Part shown: positions 47,506 through 60,649 of the stretch, in pieces
Layout: every line of letters begins with the position of its first letter
How positions within the stretch are numbered: position 1 is the stretch's first letter
Source: Sphaerodactylus townsendi
Taxonomy: Eukaryota
DNA: 64,000 nt
NCBI RefSeq assembly: GCF_021028975.2
Contig: NC_059427.1
Coordinates: 108,128,001-108,192,000, forward strand
Direction: 5' to 3'
Translations under genes and position numbers: made by a program
The notes under the pieces: generated by a model
Told to the model about the DNA's origin: nothing
The model's input: the letters and a program-made list of their open reading frames with translations, nothing else
The model's database searches: none

Positions 47506-48010
47506 ATTTATTTATGTAGGAGATTTTTATGCTCCATCTCCAGAGACCTGCTCAAATCAAAAATAATAAATGATTGCTATAAAAACAGCAAGCTATTCAA
47601 ATAACAAGCTATAAAATAACAACAAGCTATAAAAACAGCAAGCTGTTAAAATAAGCCCAGAGACATAAAACAAACTTCATATGAGAAGCAGGCCATACAA
47701 TGTTGGAAGAATAAAACCCCTAATTATAAGCCTGAGAAAACAAGATGCATTTTAGCCTGTGCCTAAAAAAAAGGAAAGTAGGTGCCTGGTACGCCTCAAA
47801 GGAAAAGGAGTTCTAAAGGTGAGGAGCCACCAGAAAAAATGTCCTGCCTTTAGTTGCCACCTGCCTCACTTCAGATGATGGGGCACAGAGAATAGGGGTA
47901 GGGAGGTAGAACTTAACTGGTGTGAGGTGGACTGTACAGGAAGAGGTGGTCCTTCTGGTACCCTAGCCCCAAGTTCTTTAGGGCCACCCAGAAACAGATG
48001 GGTAGCCAAT
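47506..48010 (-). mobile_element. L2-like LINE 3' fragment
   Basis: tttatttatt tail, tandem aagctataaaa repeats, reverse LWN.LP-type motif region. Confidence 0.55.
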
Positions 48011-48087
48011 GCTCCCATCACTTATGTGATTCAATCCCTGTCGCAGGTCCCCTGGTTTTAACCTAGCAAATGCCAAGGCCCTCTTTT

Positions 48088-48372
48088 GAAAGCCAGCATC
48101 GTGTAGTGGTTAAAAGCAGTAGGCTTTAATCCGGAGAACTGGTGTTGATTCTCTACTCCTCTACATGAATGGTGGACTCTAATCTGGTGAACTGGTTTGA
48201 TTCCCTGTTCTTCCACATGAAGCCTGCTGGATGACCTTGGGCTAGTCATAGTACTCTTTCAGTCCCACGTACCTCACAAGGTGTCTGTTGTGGGAAAGGA
48301 AAGTCAATTGTAAACCACTTTGAGACCTTTGAAAGGCTGAGAAAAGCGAGGTTTAAAACCAACCCTTCTTCT
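48088..48372 (+). mobile_element. Squam3-type SINE
   Basis: Homologous to 22119-22422. Confidence 0.82.
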
Positions 48373-48589
48373 AATTCCACTTAAAGATGCCTAGCAGTTG
48401 CTCTTGTTCATGTGGTGAGTCCTTGAAGAGGTTATCTGTTAGTCTTGATTTCAGACTGTTGTTAAGGGATGTTAGACAATATCTTATTTCAATTTTTCAA
48501 AGTTGCCTTTGAAGGTAATTTTGAACTCTTCCATAAATGCAACAAAATATGGATATTTGCATTTTTGGAGAGATCACAAAATTCATTAT

Positions 48590-50330
48590 TTTCATTTTAA
48601 ACATTTGAAATCTTACCTTTCTACTCATTTAGAATGCTTGAGGCAGCAAACAGTTAAAAAGGTATTAAAATCAACCTAAAAATTTTAAGTACATGCATAG
48701 ATATATATGTGTGTATGTTAAACAAAGAAGACGGAGTGTCAGGAAGGGGATGCCAAACAAAACAAATAAGTCTTCAGCTGTGTTCAGAAAACAGTGGTAG
48801 AGATAGAAAGACAGATCTCCCTGGAGAAGGAATTCAACAGTTTTGGTGACATAATCTTTCTTGGGTTGCCACTCTTATTGTCTCAGATTTTGAGGACACC
48901 AAAGCAGATCCCCTGAAGAGGACTGCAATGCCTGGATAATTTCACATCAGACTAGATGTTCCTTACGGTACACTGGTCCCAAGTCATATTAGGTCTTTAA
49001 AGATCAATACCTTGACATGAGCCCAGAAGCAAATTGGGAGCCAGTATAGACGGATCAAGACTGGAGAAATATGGACACTACATCCCATTCCAATCAGCAT
49101 TATGTTCTACTTATAGTTTCCTGTTCAAGGGCAGCCCCATTTACAGTGCATTACAGTAATCTAATCTAGTTGTCACCAGGCATGCAAGTTCATTGTGCCA
49201 AGATCATTGATGCTGAGGAAAGGCTGCAGATGGCTCACCAACTGAAGCTGGTGGAAATTGCTTCTAGGCCATCACTGCCACCTGCTTATCCAACAAGAGG
49301 CCCAGGTCCATCAACATCCACAATTGATGAACCTAGTCCTTTAGAGGGATGCAACCAAATCCAGAACAGGAGCCATTCAAATCTTAGGTCAGTCCTTCCA
49401 TGCATCAGTAGCACCTATACCTTATTGGAATTATTCTGCATGTATTAGCCCTCATCCAACTCAAAACTCTCTTCAGGTATCAGTTCACGTTTTTCACAGC
49501 TTCTCTGAGATCTACAGGAAGCATTAGGTAGAACTGAGTATCAACCCAGTCCAAATCTCTGGATGACCTCACCCATTGATTTCATCTAGATGTTAAAAAG
49601 CTGGGAGGAAAGATGCTACCTTGGGGGCCCTTGTTATATCTACTCTCCAGGTAGGACCAAAATTGTGCCTCCCAGTCCCAACCCAAAAAGGTGGTCCAGA
49701 AGGAGACTGTGACTGATGAAATCAAAAGCTATGGAAAAGTCCAGGAGAATCAACAAGGTCACATTCCCTTGTCCAACTCCCAGCACAGGTTATCTGCCAG
49801 TACAACAGCAGCCAAATCAATCCCATAACCAGGCCTGAAAGCAGATTAGAAAGGATCCAAGCAATCTACTTTATCCGGAAATCCTTGAAGTTGTCCAGCT
49901 ACTACTTGTGCCATTCTTGAACAAGGTAATGGAACATTTGAGACTGAGCAATATTCAAATCTCCTGGTCCAAATTAGATTTCTTTACGAATGAATGTGAC
50001 AGCATCTGTTTCAAGGTTGGGGTGACCATCTCCTCTCTCAAGCAGGCATTTTACTGTCTTCCAGACTCAGTAGACCAGCCCCTTCCACAACAGTATAGTT
50101 AAGCAACCAGGGGAAGCAAGGCATATGCAAGCAAGTAGTAGGTCTCAGACTTCCAAGAATCATGTCCACATCCTTTGGCTGAATAAACTGGAAAGTATTT
50201 CACACAACTGAAGAAGCCAGCCCCCCAGTGCTGTCAGACCCAGATTAGCATGGATGTGAGAAATTTTATCTGCAAAGTGTTGGGCAAACTGGTCAACATG
50301 AGAACATTACTGCATCTTTTCACAGTCTCT
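48590..50330 (-). mobile_element. Degenerate L2-like LINE (reverse transcriptase remnant)
   Basis: Minus-strand remnants resembling PQGS..S..LFNI, LLILLD...AFD and DP.QSAFRPGY RT motifs, broken by stops and frameshifts. Confidence 0.7.
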
Positions 50331-50615
50331 GTAGCTCAGTTGCCTTTAGGAAGGCCTGTTTTTCCTGCATTTTTGGTTACATTGTAAGATCTTGGACAAG
50401 GGCAGTCATGGTTCTGTTTTTTGTCTGACTTCTGAAACCTTTTTCCTCCCTGAGGACTCCTTTATTGTCTCTTTTCTGGCAACAGGCTTCTTAAGGGGAA
50501 AAGTCCAGGCTCCTTGGATGTTCAGTAGCAGTTGCCACAATTCACCGTTAAAGTGTCAAAGAGAGACTTCATTCAGAGTGACACTACTCAACTGGAAGTC
50601 ATGATAATATTGAAC

Positions 50616-50773
50616 CAGTGGCGTAGCACCAGCGGGGCTGGGTGGGGCTCAACACCCTGGGAGGAGCAGTGGAGGGGGTGTCTGGGCTGCAAAGGAGGCG
50701 TGGCGTTCTGGGGTGGGGGCTGACGGCAGCAGGGCATGCACCCCGGGCGCAGTTCCCCCTCGTTCTACCACTG
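50616..50773. mobile_element. hAT (Tip100-like) MITE
   Basis: Termini CAGTGGCGTAG / TACCACTG; TSD TATTGAAC / TATCGAAC. Confidence 0.75.
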
Positions 50774-51020
50774 TATCGAACTTGGTTTCTGTAGAGCCTG
50801 AACAAACTGTTTCTATAGTTCAGTATGCAAAGTAATCATCCCTTTTAAATGTTGTGTATGTTGTATATTATTTCTTTTGATTTGCCTGTTCAGCAGAAGT
50901 TGGGAGTGGTCCACACCTTGTCTATTTACTCTTCTGGATAGACATTCTTTTCCCTTATACTCTGCTTAGTGAAATGAAAGATGCTGGCTTGATAAGGGGA
51001 TTTTCGGGCTTTGTTTCTTA

Positions 51021-51138
51021 AGTGGTTTCCACATGGGTCAAAAACAGCAGTGTGAAAACAGTGTAAAATGGTTTAAAACGGTGTGAAAGTGTTTACACCG
51101 TTTTCACCTTGCTGTTTTTGGCCCATGTGGAATCTGCT
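51021..51138. mobile_element. Palindromic MITE
   Basis: ttccacatgggtcaaaaacagca / tgctgtttttggcccatgtggaa inverted arms. Confidence 0.75.
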
Positions 51139-51333
51139 GAAGTATTATCTCCCTACCCTGATCGTGATTTTGTCTGCTTTGTGTACGTATATTTCTGCCA
51201 TTGGGGATTACACTTCACTCATTTGAAGCAGTGAACTATGGCTCTCAGAAAGCTGTTACTGTCAAACTCAGTAGCCACAAGACTTGTTGATTGCTTTGTT
51301 GTCAGACTTCCCTGATGTCTGTCTCCTCGGCAG

Positions 51334-51440
51334 CTTATCATTGATGCCCAAGATGAGCAGATGGAGCTGGTCTCAGGTAGCATCCGAGCCCTGAAACACA
51401 TGTCTGGCCAGGTTGAAGAGGAGTTGGACGCGCAGGCTGT
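51334..51440 (+). CDS. STX10: STX10 exon 6 (Qc-SNARE N-half)
   Basis: LIIDAQDEQMELVSGSIRALKHMSGQVEEELDAQA(V); donor GT|GTAAGT. Confidence 0.95.
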
Positions 51441-52574
51441 GTAAGTGCAGACAGCAGGGGACAGTGGAAACCATTCCTTTGCAGGGTATGCAGAAAAGTG
51501 CCTTCCATAGTGCTCAGAAAGGGGAACAAAACTCTCCCCCAGTAGTCCAAATCCAGCTGTCCTGCTTTTGTCATTAGCTGATCTTGTAAAGCTGGCTTAA
51601 TCAAAGAGCAGGATCCATGACCTTCATCTATTTAGGAGTGTGCCTAGCAACTGATTTTTAACTGAGGATGTATTTTTAATTCAGCAGGGCCACCCACTCA
51701 GCCCCATGTCTGTTTAGGCCCAGGCAAAAGGTACTTGAAGCCCCCCAGCAGGAGCAACAAAAGAGGCTGTGTCACAGCTCTCCCACGTTAGCCCTTGCTG
51801 CCATTCGCCTTGCCTTGGGTCTGGGACAGAGTAGCTGAGGTTCACAATGAGGAAACTCTGTTGAAGTCTCAACTGCTGCCAGAAAGGAGCTAAAGAGTCT
51901 TTGGCCTCCTGCTTGGCTTTGAGGCTGGGGTGCCTTGTTAAACACCTGAACCTTCTTTAGATGGGATTCTCAGGTTCAGGGACTATGCTAGGGGAGAAAT
52001 GGGAAGCCTGCCCCTCTTCCCCCATGAAGGGTCAGATTCATTCCCCAGCTCTTTATTTCCTATTCCTCATTATTAGGACTTGAATTAGGAGCCAGCATGG
52101 TGTAGTGGTTAAGACATTGGACTAGGACCTGGGGAGCTCAGGTGTGAATCTCCACTCTGCCATGGAAACTTGCTGGGTGACCTTGGGTCAGTCACACTCT
52201 CCCAGCAAGTGTTTGGATGGGAGACCTCAAAGAAATACTAGGGGTGTGACATGGAGGCAAGCAATGGCAAACCACCTGCCTCTAAATATCTCTTGATTTG
52301 AAGACCCTACAGGATTGCTATAAGTCTGCTGTGTTTTGGCAGCAAAAAAACAAACAAAAACCCTCTTAACAGAGACAGGATCTTCCCACCCCACCCCCAA
52401 ATAGAAAACATACATGGGGCATCGTGTATTTGTACAAGGCTGAGATCTTCATGCTTTGTACAGCCATCTATTTGGGACCAGTGCTTTGATGGTCATTGGG
52501 AAAGACAAGGCATGCACGTGTTGGAAAGGATATGGTTGCTGCCTGAAGTGATAATACCTTTACTGACTTTTCAG

Positions 52575-52669
52575 GATGCTGGAAGACTTTGCTCATGAGA
52601 TGGATGGCACTCATAGCCACATGGATGGAGTGCTCATAAAGATGTCCAGAGTTTCACACATGACCTCAG
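52575..52669 (+). CDS. STX10: STX10 exon 7 (SNARE C-half)
   Basis: MLEDFAHEMDGTHSHMDGVLIKMSRVSHMTS; CAG acceptor, GTGAGG donor. Confidence 0.95.
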
Positions 52670-53452
52670 GTGAGGGATAAAGCTCTTTATCATTCATTCT
52701 TGTTCAAACCTAAGTCAGAAACCACAAGTCCTGGTTTCTGTCTACTTTGTAATTCACAGGACCATTATACCCATTAGGGATTGTTTTGGTACAAGGAGTT
52801 TTGACCACCCCACCCCCTCAAAAAAATCCCCAGATTTCCTTTACACCTATCCTCAGCTCTCAACTTTGGGAAGGTTTGGAGTCAAATGATTAAAGAGATT
52901 GAGTCTGAGTGCTTACCTACCTGCTTTTGTAGAAATATTAAATATTTATTTTCTAAGTTCAGACTGCTGCCATCTGGATACTTTTAGCCATTTCCAGGAG
53001 CCAGCGTCCGTATTCTCTGTCTCTGCAGTACTGCCCTTCCCACTCCTTCCAGCACATGCTCAGCCTCTCCTGTGTTCAGTCACAGCAAGATGGGCTCATT
53101 TGCTTGAGGACAGGCAAAGAATTTTGGTTCATGGCCAACACCGTATGATTCTAGCAGGAATACCAAAGTGTGGTTTATTAATCTTGTTTGACAGTTTTTT
53201 CCCCTTTCCTACTGCCATGGATTATTTTCATTTACCTTTTTGGTGTCTCTTATTCTTTCTCTTACAGTTGATTAGGCCAATTTGGATGCCCTCACGGCAG
53301 AAAAGTAGGATGGAAATGCCTTTAATAGTAATTTCCTGACAGTATGTCGCAATAGCCGTTGCAGTTAAAACCACAGAGAATTTTGTGGCTCACCACATGT
53401 AGTTTGCCATAAGCTTTTATGCATCTGAGCCCACTTTGTCAGGTGCATCAGA

Positions 53453-53897
53453 TGTCATGCTTAGAGGGCAGTGATGCATCTTTGACTGGAATCAATAAAC
53501 AGGCTCTGGATGGTTAATCAGAAATCTTTATTGAACACAGCTGGTACCTGACTGTGACAAAGCCAGTTCTGGCAGGCTATAGTAAAACGGTTACATTTAT
53601 CCCTGTGGTTTTCCCGCCAGAAATCCTCCTGCCTAGTTCGCATGGAATGTGAGAATGTTACAGCGGAAAGAAGGATGTTTGGGAGTCAAGCATCTCAAGG
53701 ACAGCACAGTGATAATGTCCAGCCACCTGCCACTTCCCCCTGTGCCAGGGTAACATCTAGTTTGATTACAGTTGCAAGCATTAAAAAAAAATCTAAGAGC
53801 AGGAAAGATCCATTAACATATCAGACATGAAGAAAGCTTTCCCCCTCCCCAAAGGCAGGTGTGAGTCCTTGCACCTTAGTCCCACTCATCGATGACA
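53453..53897 (-). mobile_element. Putative solo LTR inserted within Penelope-like remnants
   Basis: Termini TGTCAT / ATGACA; minus-strand AATAAA ~53527-53532; flanked by degenerate tctgatg...gaaagc Penelope-type fragments; no TSD seen. Confidence 0.4.
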
Positions 53898-54104
53898 GGC
53901 CCTATATCTGATGCAGTAGGCTCCAAATGAGGAAAGCCCATGCCACACTAAAGGAGCCACAAGACAATCTTGTTTCAGTAATAATTCTGTAACAACAGGA
54001 ACATTGGTGAAGTGGACTACACTATGGGTTCCCCCATCCCCAAAGCCACAAGCTGCAGCATCAGATAGATAGGAACAGATTCAGTCAGTCTGCCACTATC
54101 ATTG

Positions 54105-54648
54105 CAACCCAATAGAAATTACAATAGGTTCTCAGCAATTGTTCTCTACTTTCGGATGAAGTCTTGTTAGAAGTATGTGTCCAAAACCACAAACAATACA
54201 ACAGTACCACAAGGTATCTGAAATACATGCCCTAATTACACTGATAAAAATCCTGTGTAACACGAAGTAAAGGTCCTGTGTAATACAATAAAAGTCCACT
54301 AAGCTATCCAGAAGCCAGATGTGAACCGGCCTTGTCCAAGCTTCAAGGCTAGTGGAACATAAATTCCATATGTCTGTGCTTCCAAAATGTACAAAAGTTT
54401 GTTTGAACGGCAATGATTTGAAATCATCAGGGACCGTAGTCTGCTGTGAAAACCCTGGCTGTATTAAATAGGACCTTTGCTTGTACTACTCAGGCTTTTT
54501 ACCAGTGTTATTAGGGCATGTATTTCAGATACCTTGTGGTATTGTTGTGGTGTTTGTGGTTTTGGACATGTATTATACTTACAAGACTTCATCTGAAAGT
54601 AGAGAGCAATTGCTGAGAGCCTTCTCCAGTGTAATTTCTATTGGGTTG
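54105..54648. mobile_element. Non-autonomous DNA transposon with ~185-bp TIRs (Tc1/mariner-like)
   Basis: 54105-54288 is an inverted copy of ~54460-54648 (CAACCCAATAGAAATTACA / TGTAATTTCTATTGGGTTG); TA on the right flank, TG on the left. Confidence 0.75.
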
Positions 54649-55635
54649 TATTGTGTGCACTGATCCCCATTTAATTCAAAAGGTGGTGCCACTATGACTG
54701 GTCATGATTATCAAAGGGCAGAAGAGACAGAATGATGCCAGGGGATAATGCCAAGGGATAAAACCTTGGGAATCCTGGTTAGATCTAAGTTTTCACTGTT
54801 TATTCTCTGTCACTCTCAGAAGTCGTAAGTCAGAGGTGGCAAGCTTGCCACAAGTCAAGTATTTAACAGTGCCATCTAATGGATGCTTCATAAAATGTGC
54901 AACCCAAGTCTTGGTTTGGTCCTGTCTCTAGCACAAAGAAAAGTGGACTGTACTGCATGGGAAGAAACAGGCAGGAATGCAGACTTGAGATCATAGCCGA
55001 GCGCAAAGCCCCTTTATCCCTTTGACTCCTGCCCAAGAAGGCCTCAAAGACTTGCCACTTGTATGTGCTGTGCTATAACATGGCCTCCATGAACATAGGC
55101 TAAGTATTGATTAACCAACCAAACTTCTCTTGGCTACTGCATTTTGTCTGGAACTGGCTTTGTCTTATCCCATTCCCTTTAACAGGGCCCTTTAAAACTG
55201 CACATAATTGAGGAGGATTTTCCAAACAAGCTAGGTGTTTCTTTATCACCTACCAAGCCATCACGGACTACATTCTTAACTGGACAACATTTATGCTAAA
55301 ATTGTAAACCAGAACACACTGTCTTGTTCCAGTTTTAAAGAGTGGAAATTGCAGAAGAACAGGACTTGGTTCTCTGAGCATGTTTGGCAGGGTGGGGTAT
55401 GGCACGGTATGTGGATTAGACTTGGGGTCCCAAATGTAAGATTCAGCATAAGGCGCCTGTGTCCTTTAAATCCAGTTGTTTATGTCCCCTTGGGTTAATA
55501 TCATGCACTTACAAACAGTTCACGCAGAGATTGCTGTACCTACCTGTGATGGAAAGGATGGAAGTTTTCTAGGGCTTGGGGCTGGTCTCCTTGTGCTCAT
55601 TCTATTTCCAAGTGTGTGTGCTTTCTCCTTATCAG

Positions 55636-55712
55636 ACCGTCGTCGGTGGTGCATCGCAGGCGTGTTGCTCATCATTGTGGTGGTGGTGCTGATTCTCGTG
55701 TTCACTTTGTGA
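55636..55712 (+). CDS. STX10: STX10 exon 8 (transmembrane anchor, stop)
   Basis: DRRRWCIAGVLLIIVVVVLILVFTL*. Confidence 0.95.
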
Positions 55713-56760
55713 TCAAATGGCAGGGAAGGGTGGCAGAGTGCCCCTGTTGAGTAGAACATCTGGAACCACCTCTGCCTCGTGTATCTTGAGCAAAAGTGGA
55801 AAAGCCTTCCAACTCGCAAAGAAGCAAGTCATTTTGTTGAAGTTCTTGCTACTGCAGATTTGGTGAAAAGGGAGGGCTTGGAAAGCTGGAGGTTGGTACC
55901 TTTACTATGGCAAGTCTGTAAAGTTCCCTTTCGATGTGTGCACTTAAGATATTGGGATGAAGTAACACATAGAAGTTGGTACTCGTTCATGTTGAGAGCA
56001 TGGGTACCAGTTCAAGTTTCTGTCTTCTGAGTGGCCTTCTCATCATATTTTGAGCCATGTAAGAAGGTGAGAGCACACTGATTTATCTTACTGACATTGA
56101 AGAATATGGATCTTTGTCCTCTCTTTGAATTAAAGCAGGTTGGCTCTACATTTGCTGACTGCCAGTGATTGATTTAAGCTCTAAGTTGTGTTTCATCTTG
56201 ATTAATGCCAGATGGGAACCATCGGGGAGATTGGACAGCATGCTGCTGTGTCTTGCTTTTTAAAGAGATGAAATTACTCAGGGTTGAGCATGATCCAAAG
56301 CTGTCCTGTGATTTAAGTACCAAGACCTTTCTTGTTGATTTGGGAATAGAATTCAGGGTGCCACAGTCATTATTCTAATTGGATGATAGCCCCTTCCAGA
56401 CACTGGGAGCAGAATCCAACAGTCCTGCCACACACGTCTAGGCCTCAGTGCTGTGCTTCAAGAGACTGGTACTGCTTCTGTGCTCCTAAGTACTCCAAGG
56501 AAAACATTGTACCAGTGAGTCCACTCAGTCCTGTCTTCCCATCTTGGCATTGGATATAATATGGTGAACATCCTCCAACTAAGATTAAATTTATGCTAAG
56601 CCAGATGCTGTCACCAGCTAATTTTGGGTAAGACCCTGTGACCTCTAGATTTTCCTGGATAATAGGTCTGTGTGTGGCTGCTAAGCTGTTACATGCAGTC
56701 TGAAGCCATTCTGTGTTTTTACCGATACAATTGTTTAAAATGCCAAATCAATTTTTTTCA

Positions 56761-56766
56761 AATAAA
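56761..56766 (+). terminator. STX10 poly(A) signal
   Basis: AATAAA ~1.05 kb after the stop, followed by U/GU-rich sequence. Confidence 0.65.
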
Positions 56767-56974
56767 CATTTTATATCTCTGTTTAATAAGAGTCTTTTAT
56801 TCTGGGTGGTTGTAGTTACTGAAAGTAAGGAGGTCTGGCAAGAGTTCAAGGGACTCTTGTGTACTCAGTGTTGTCTCCCAAAATAGCAACCTGTAGACGC
56901 TGCTGGAAGCTGACCAAGCAGGGGCATGCCTCTGAACATGGAGGTTCAGCTCTAGCTATCATGGTTAATAGTTG

Positions 56975-57150
56975 CTGAGATTGCAAGTGCCTTAGCAGAC
57001 CAGGTGCTCGGGAGCAGCAGCAGCAGAAGGCCATTGCTTTCACATCCTGCATGTGAGCTCCCAAAGGCACCTAGTGGGCCACTGCGAGTAGCAGAGTGCC
57101 AGACTAGATGGACTCTGGTCTGATCCAGCAGGCTCGTTCTTATGTTCTTA
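56975..57150 (+). mobile_element. CR1 LINE 3' UTR fragment
   Basis: Near-identical to 42088-42255. Confidence 0.8.
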
Positions 57151-57759
57151 CTGATAAATCTATCTTCTATAAACTCAAGTAATCCTTTGTACAGGAATTT
57201 GTTATGTAGGTTAATGATGCAGTGCACAAAGTGGAACCTCTGGGTTTTCCTCCCTGAACCTTAACTGAAATGATGCTGGGCTTTTGATGTTTTTATGAAA
57301 CAAGTAGCATTTTTCTCATTCCTACTTCCCAAATAACCAAATCTAATTTTTTTTTTCTATACAAACTTACTCCTGTGAATGCCCGCTGTGTGCAGTGGGG
57401 CTCACTCCCAAGTACATGTGTGTAGCATTGCAGCCTTAGTCCTCTTACTCAGCAAAGTCGCAATTAATTCCATGGGCGTTGCCAAATTATATAAAGAAGC
57501 TGTGCCAAGTAGAAGTCTGGTTACAATTCTAGTTGAGGAGTGCTCTATAAGCAGCTCAGATTAGGTCTACATGGGCTTCATTTCTGGGAAAGGTTTGCTA
57601 CTTAATTCAATGGATGCCCTGAATGACCAGGACCCAAATTGTAGCTTTAAAACTAATGCAGTCTCTTGACAATTTCGTAACTATTCCATCCTGACGCTCT
57701 CAAAGAGAATAATTAGCTCCACAAGAAATGGCCAAACAGGTGATTGTTACAAACTTTTT

Positions 57760-57765
57760 TTTATT
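57760..57765 (-). terminator. Poly(A) signal of a convergent minus-strand transcript (possibly NACC1 by mammalian synteny)
   Basis: AATAAA on minus with GU-rich downstream sequence; UTR-like sequence extends rightwards; no CDS seen in the window. Confidence 0.4.
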
Positions 57766-60173
57766 AACATTTCTGAATTCCTTTTTTCAATCTTTACAGT
57801 AGTTAATGTGCAATTCTTGATACTCTCAGGTCACAGGGATGAGGGAGTCACAAAATTTTTCTTGGCACTTTATAACACAGAACAAATACTGGCATTATCC
57901 AGGGGCGAAGGGAATGGGTTTCGAGGTAAAAGCAGGGAGTGCTGGGGGCAGGGGGCTGGGAAAAGGGGAGGTTGCTTTTGTTAATTTATTTTAAAGGATT
58001 TGTTTTCCTGTGGAAGGATTTTACAAGGGGCAGGGCAGGGAAAGGAGGCCAATATTGGAGTAGCTGCTTGCATCAACCCAAAGCGCCTGGAAGGGGGATA
58101 AGAGAAAGTCCATGCTGCATCTGCACAGAAGGTTACATATTCAGGCTTTGTTAGTGCTTTTCAGTGTACATTTTTTGTCCTTTTTAAAAAAATTGTTTGC
58201 CCTAGTTTAGAAAAACAACAAAAATCAAAATGAACAATGACAAAGTGGATAGAACCAAAAAAGATACAGAAAGGCCACACTACCCTTCCCTCAATCTGGA
58301 GTTATTCTCCTCTCCAGCAGAAAGCAGGTCCAAGATGCAAATGTGATGTTTTGGAGGGCATTTCAGCTGGCTAACAAAAAAAAGGGAACCAGCTGTTTTG
58401 AATCTAGGTGACTAGGAGGGTTAGAGGTATTCTGTTGCTTTGCCTCCTGCAGTGGATCAGACCCAGCTGGTGGTTCCGGAGGCTCTTGTGGCAATGCCAG
58501 TCGCCTTCCAAGCTGCTGATGGCTAGGCACAAACCAAGTCCCAACCCCCTTCCCTCACAGTGTTTTCATAGCACTTGCTGGGGTGGGAGAAAGATGATTG
58601 GAGCACTGGCCCTGCAGGTGCCTATCAGTGATAATCTAACCTAGGATTTGGAATTAGTCATCAGCTTTGAGCACAGCTAATGAGGAGGGAACACAGCAGA
58701 TGTATTGTAACCCATTCCAGTGATTTTTGTGTAAGATCTCCCTATGTTTATGAAGAATGGATCATCTTGGGTTCTTAAATTATCTTTGACTTTAAAAAGG
58801 ATGCCTTGTTTCTGAGTAGCATCATTCTACCAGACTAAGAGATTCCTTCTCCAGTGTCCCGTTTTGATCTGGTAGCCTCACATTGCAAGAAATCCCAGTT
58901 CACTAGCCGAACAAGCCCCTTTAAGACCCTCCCACCTTTAAGTCCAAAGTTAGTAGATGCTTTGTTTATCATTCTGCCAATCTTCTGGTAAGTAAACCAA
59001 CATAGTACAACATGTCTGCCAGCACAACTCTAGAGACTATTCTGATATATGTTCCAGTGTAAACAGACTTCTTCAAAATTCAGCTGATCTGGACAAACTC
59101 CACTTGGTTCCAATCAGAGGGGTCCACATAGATAGTGCCCTCTGGAACCGATAAATATGAACAGGATGGTATATTTATGCTCCTCCCTTTTCCATTTAAA
59201 ACTAGGAATTTGTAGTTTTAGATGTCAAGTAAGATGCCACAAGAATCAGAATCTTCAACAACCAATCCTCCCTGGCAGATACCACTATTATCTCCACTCT
59301 TTCCCTTCGTCAAGAAAATACCAAGCTCAAATAAGGCTAAATTTTAAGGTTTATACTAAGTGAAACATCACTAGCCTATTAGACAATCTTAACCTGCCTC
59401 CCCCGCCCTGCCCCAGTTCAAGCAGGTTGTCAGAGATGCTCTTGGAAGCACTAACCTTGCATGAGGGGACATGAATGATGGAAGGGAGCTAGTGCAAAGC
59501 TGGCTAAAAGGGAGTGGGAGAAGAAAGGCATGCCACTCCACAAGAGCTTGAGCATAGGCTTAAGAGTACTAAGCTAGGCAACTAGGTAAACAAGATGGAT
59601 CAGCAACAGGTTTGTCCTCTCACAGACTATCAAATGGTAGAGCTACAAAAGAAATGCCAGATGAATGTGGAATGTACATTTTTTGTGCCTGGCCAAGTAA
59701 GACATTTCTACTACCTAGTCTGGCCATTCACTACCTGCACTTTCAAATCAGCTGTGGAGGGGAGAAAAGGACGAAGGAAAATCGCTTAAAAGGACAGATC
59801 CTAATATGAGTGGTGGAAACAGACAAAACAGATGGATTACCAAAGATGTTACCAACAAGAAATGTACATGCATCAGCAAGCCGTGGCCAATCACAGGTAC
59901 AACTACCCTCTGTCATATACAAGGTGGCATTTTTAGCAAGCATGTACAGTATTTTAAAGAAAACCTACTAATGAAGCTCCCAACATTCAGCAGCACAGCC
60001 AGAATGTTCTGCTAGGACCGCAGTTGGGCAGAACCGGGTAGGACTGTTAGGAAGAATGATCATTCTGCATCTACTGGTCATTCCAGAATTGAAACAATTT
60101 TTGTAGCTCCAGACAATAACGTAACATAAATAGAAAACACAACTGGGTGAGGATACATGAGGACTGTCTAGAT

Positions 60174-60321
60174 CAGGGGTCTGCAACCTGCGGCTCTCTA
60201 GATGTTCATGGACTACAATTCCCATCAGCCACTGCCAGCATGGCCAATTGTCCATGCTGGCAGGGGCTCATGGGATTTGTAGCCCATGAACATCTGGAGA
60301 GCTGCAGGTTGAAGACCCCTG
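60174..60321. mobile_element. Palindromic hAT MITE
   Basis: TIR CAGGGGTCT / AGACCCCTG; 8-bp TSD GTCTAGAT on both sides; core shared with 44367-44512. Confidence 0.88.
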
Positions 60322-60649
60322 GTCTAGATTTAATAAGACTCACTTTTTAGGACTGAATTTGTTTTGTTGTTGCGGGGGGAGGGGGGGGGAGGTCCAGCTA
60401 ACTCCTGAAATATGAGACAAGGTATATATCCAAACCCCAGTAATTCTCCTGAGGATAGTCAGCTGAAGAGTCCCTTCTAGTTCCACATTTATCACAGTAA
60501 CCTCCAACTAAATATAAGCCACCCAATCTTTATTTCACAGTTCTCTCTGCTACAAATACCAACGTTATTATCACAGCAGAAGCAGTCTTGCAAAAAGAGG
60601 GGATGGAATGTTCTTGCACCCATTCAGTTTAGAACCCTTCGACCTGAAC

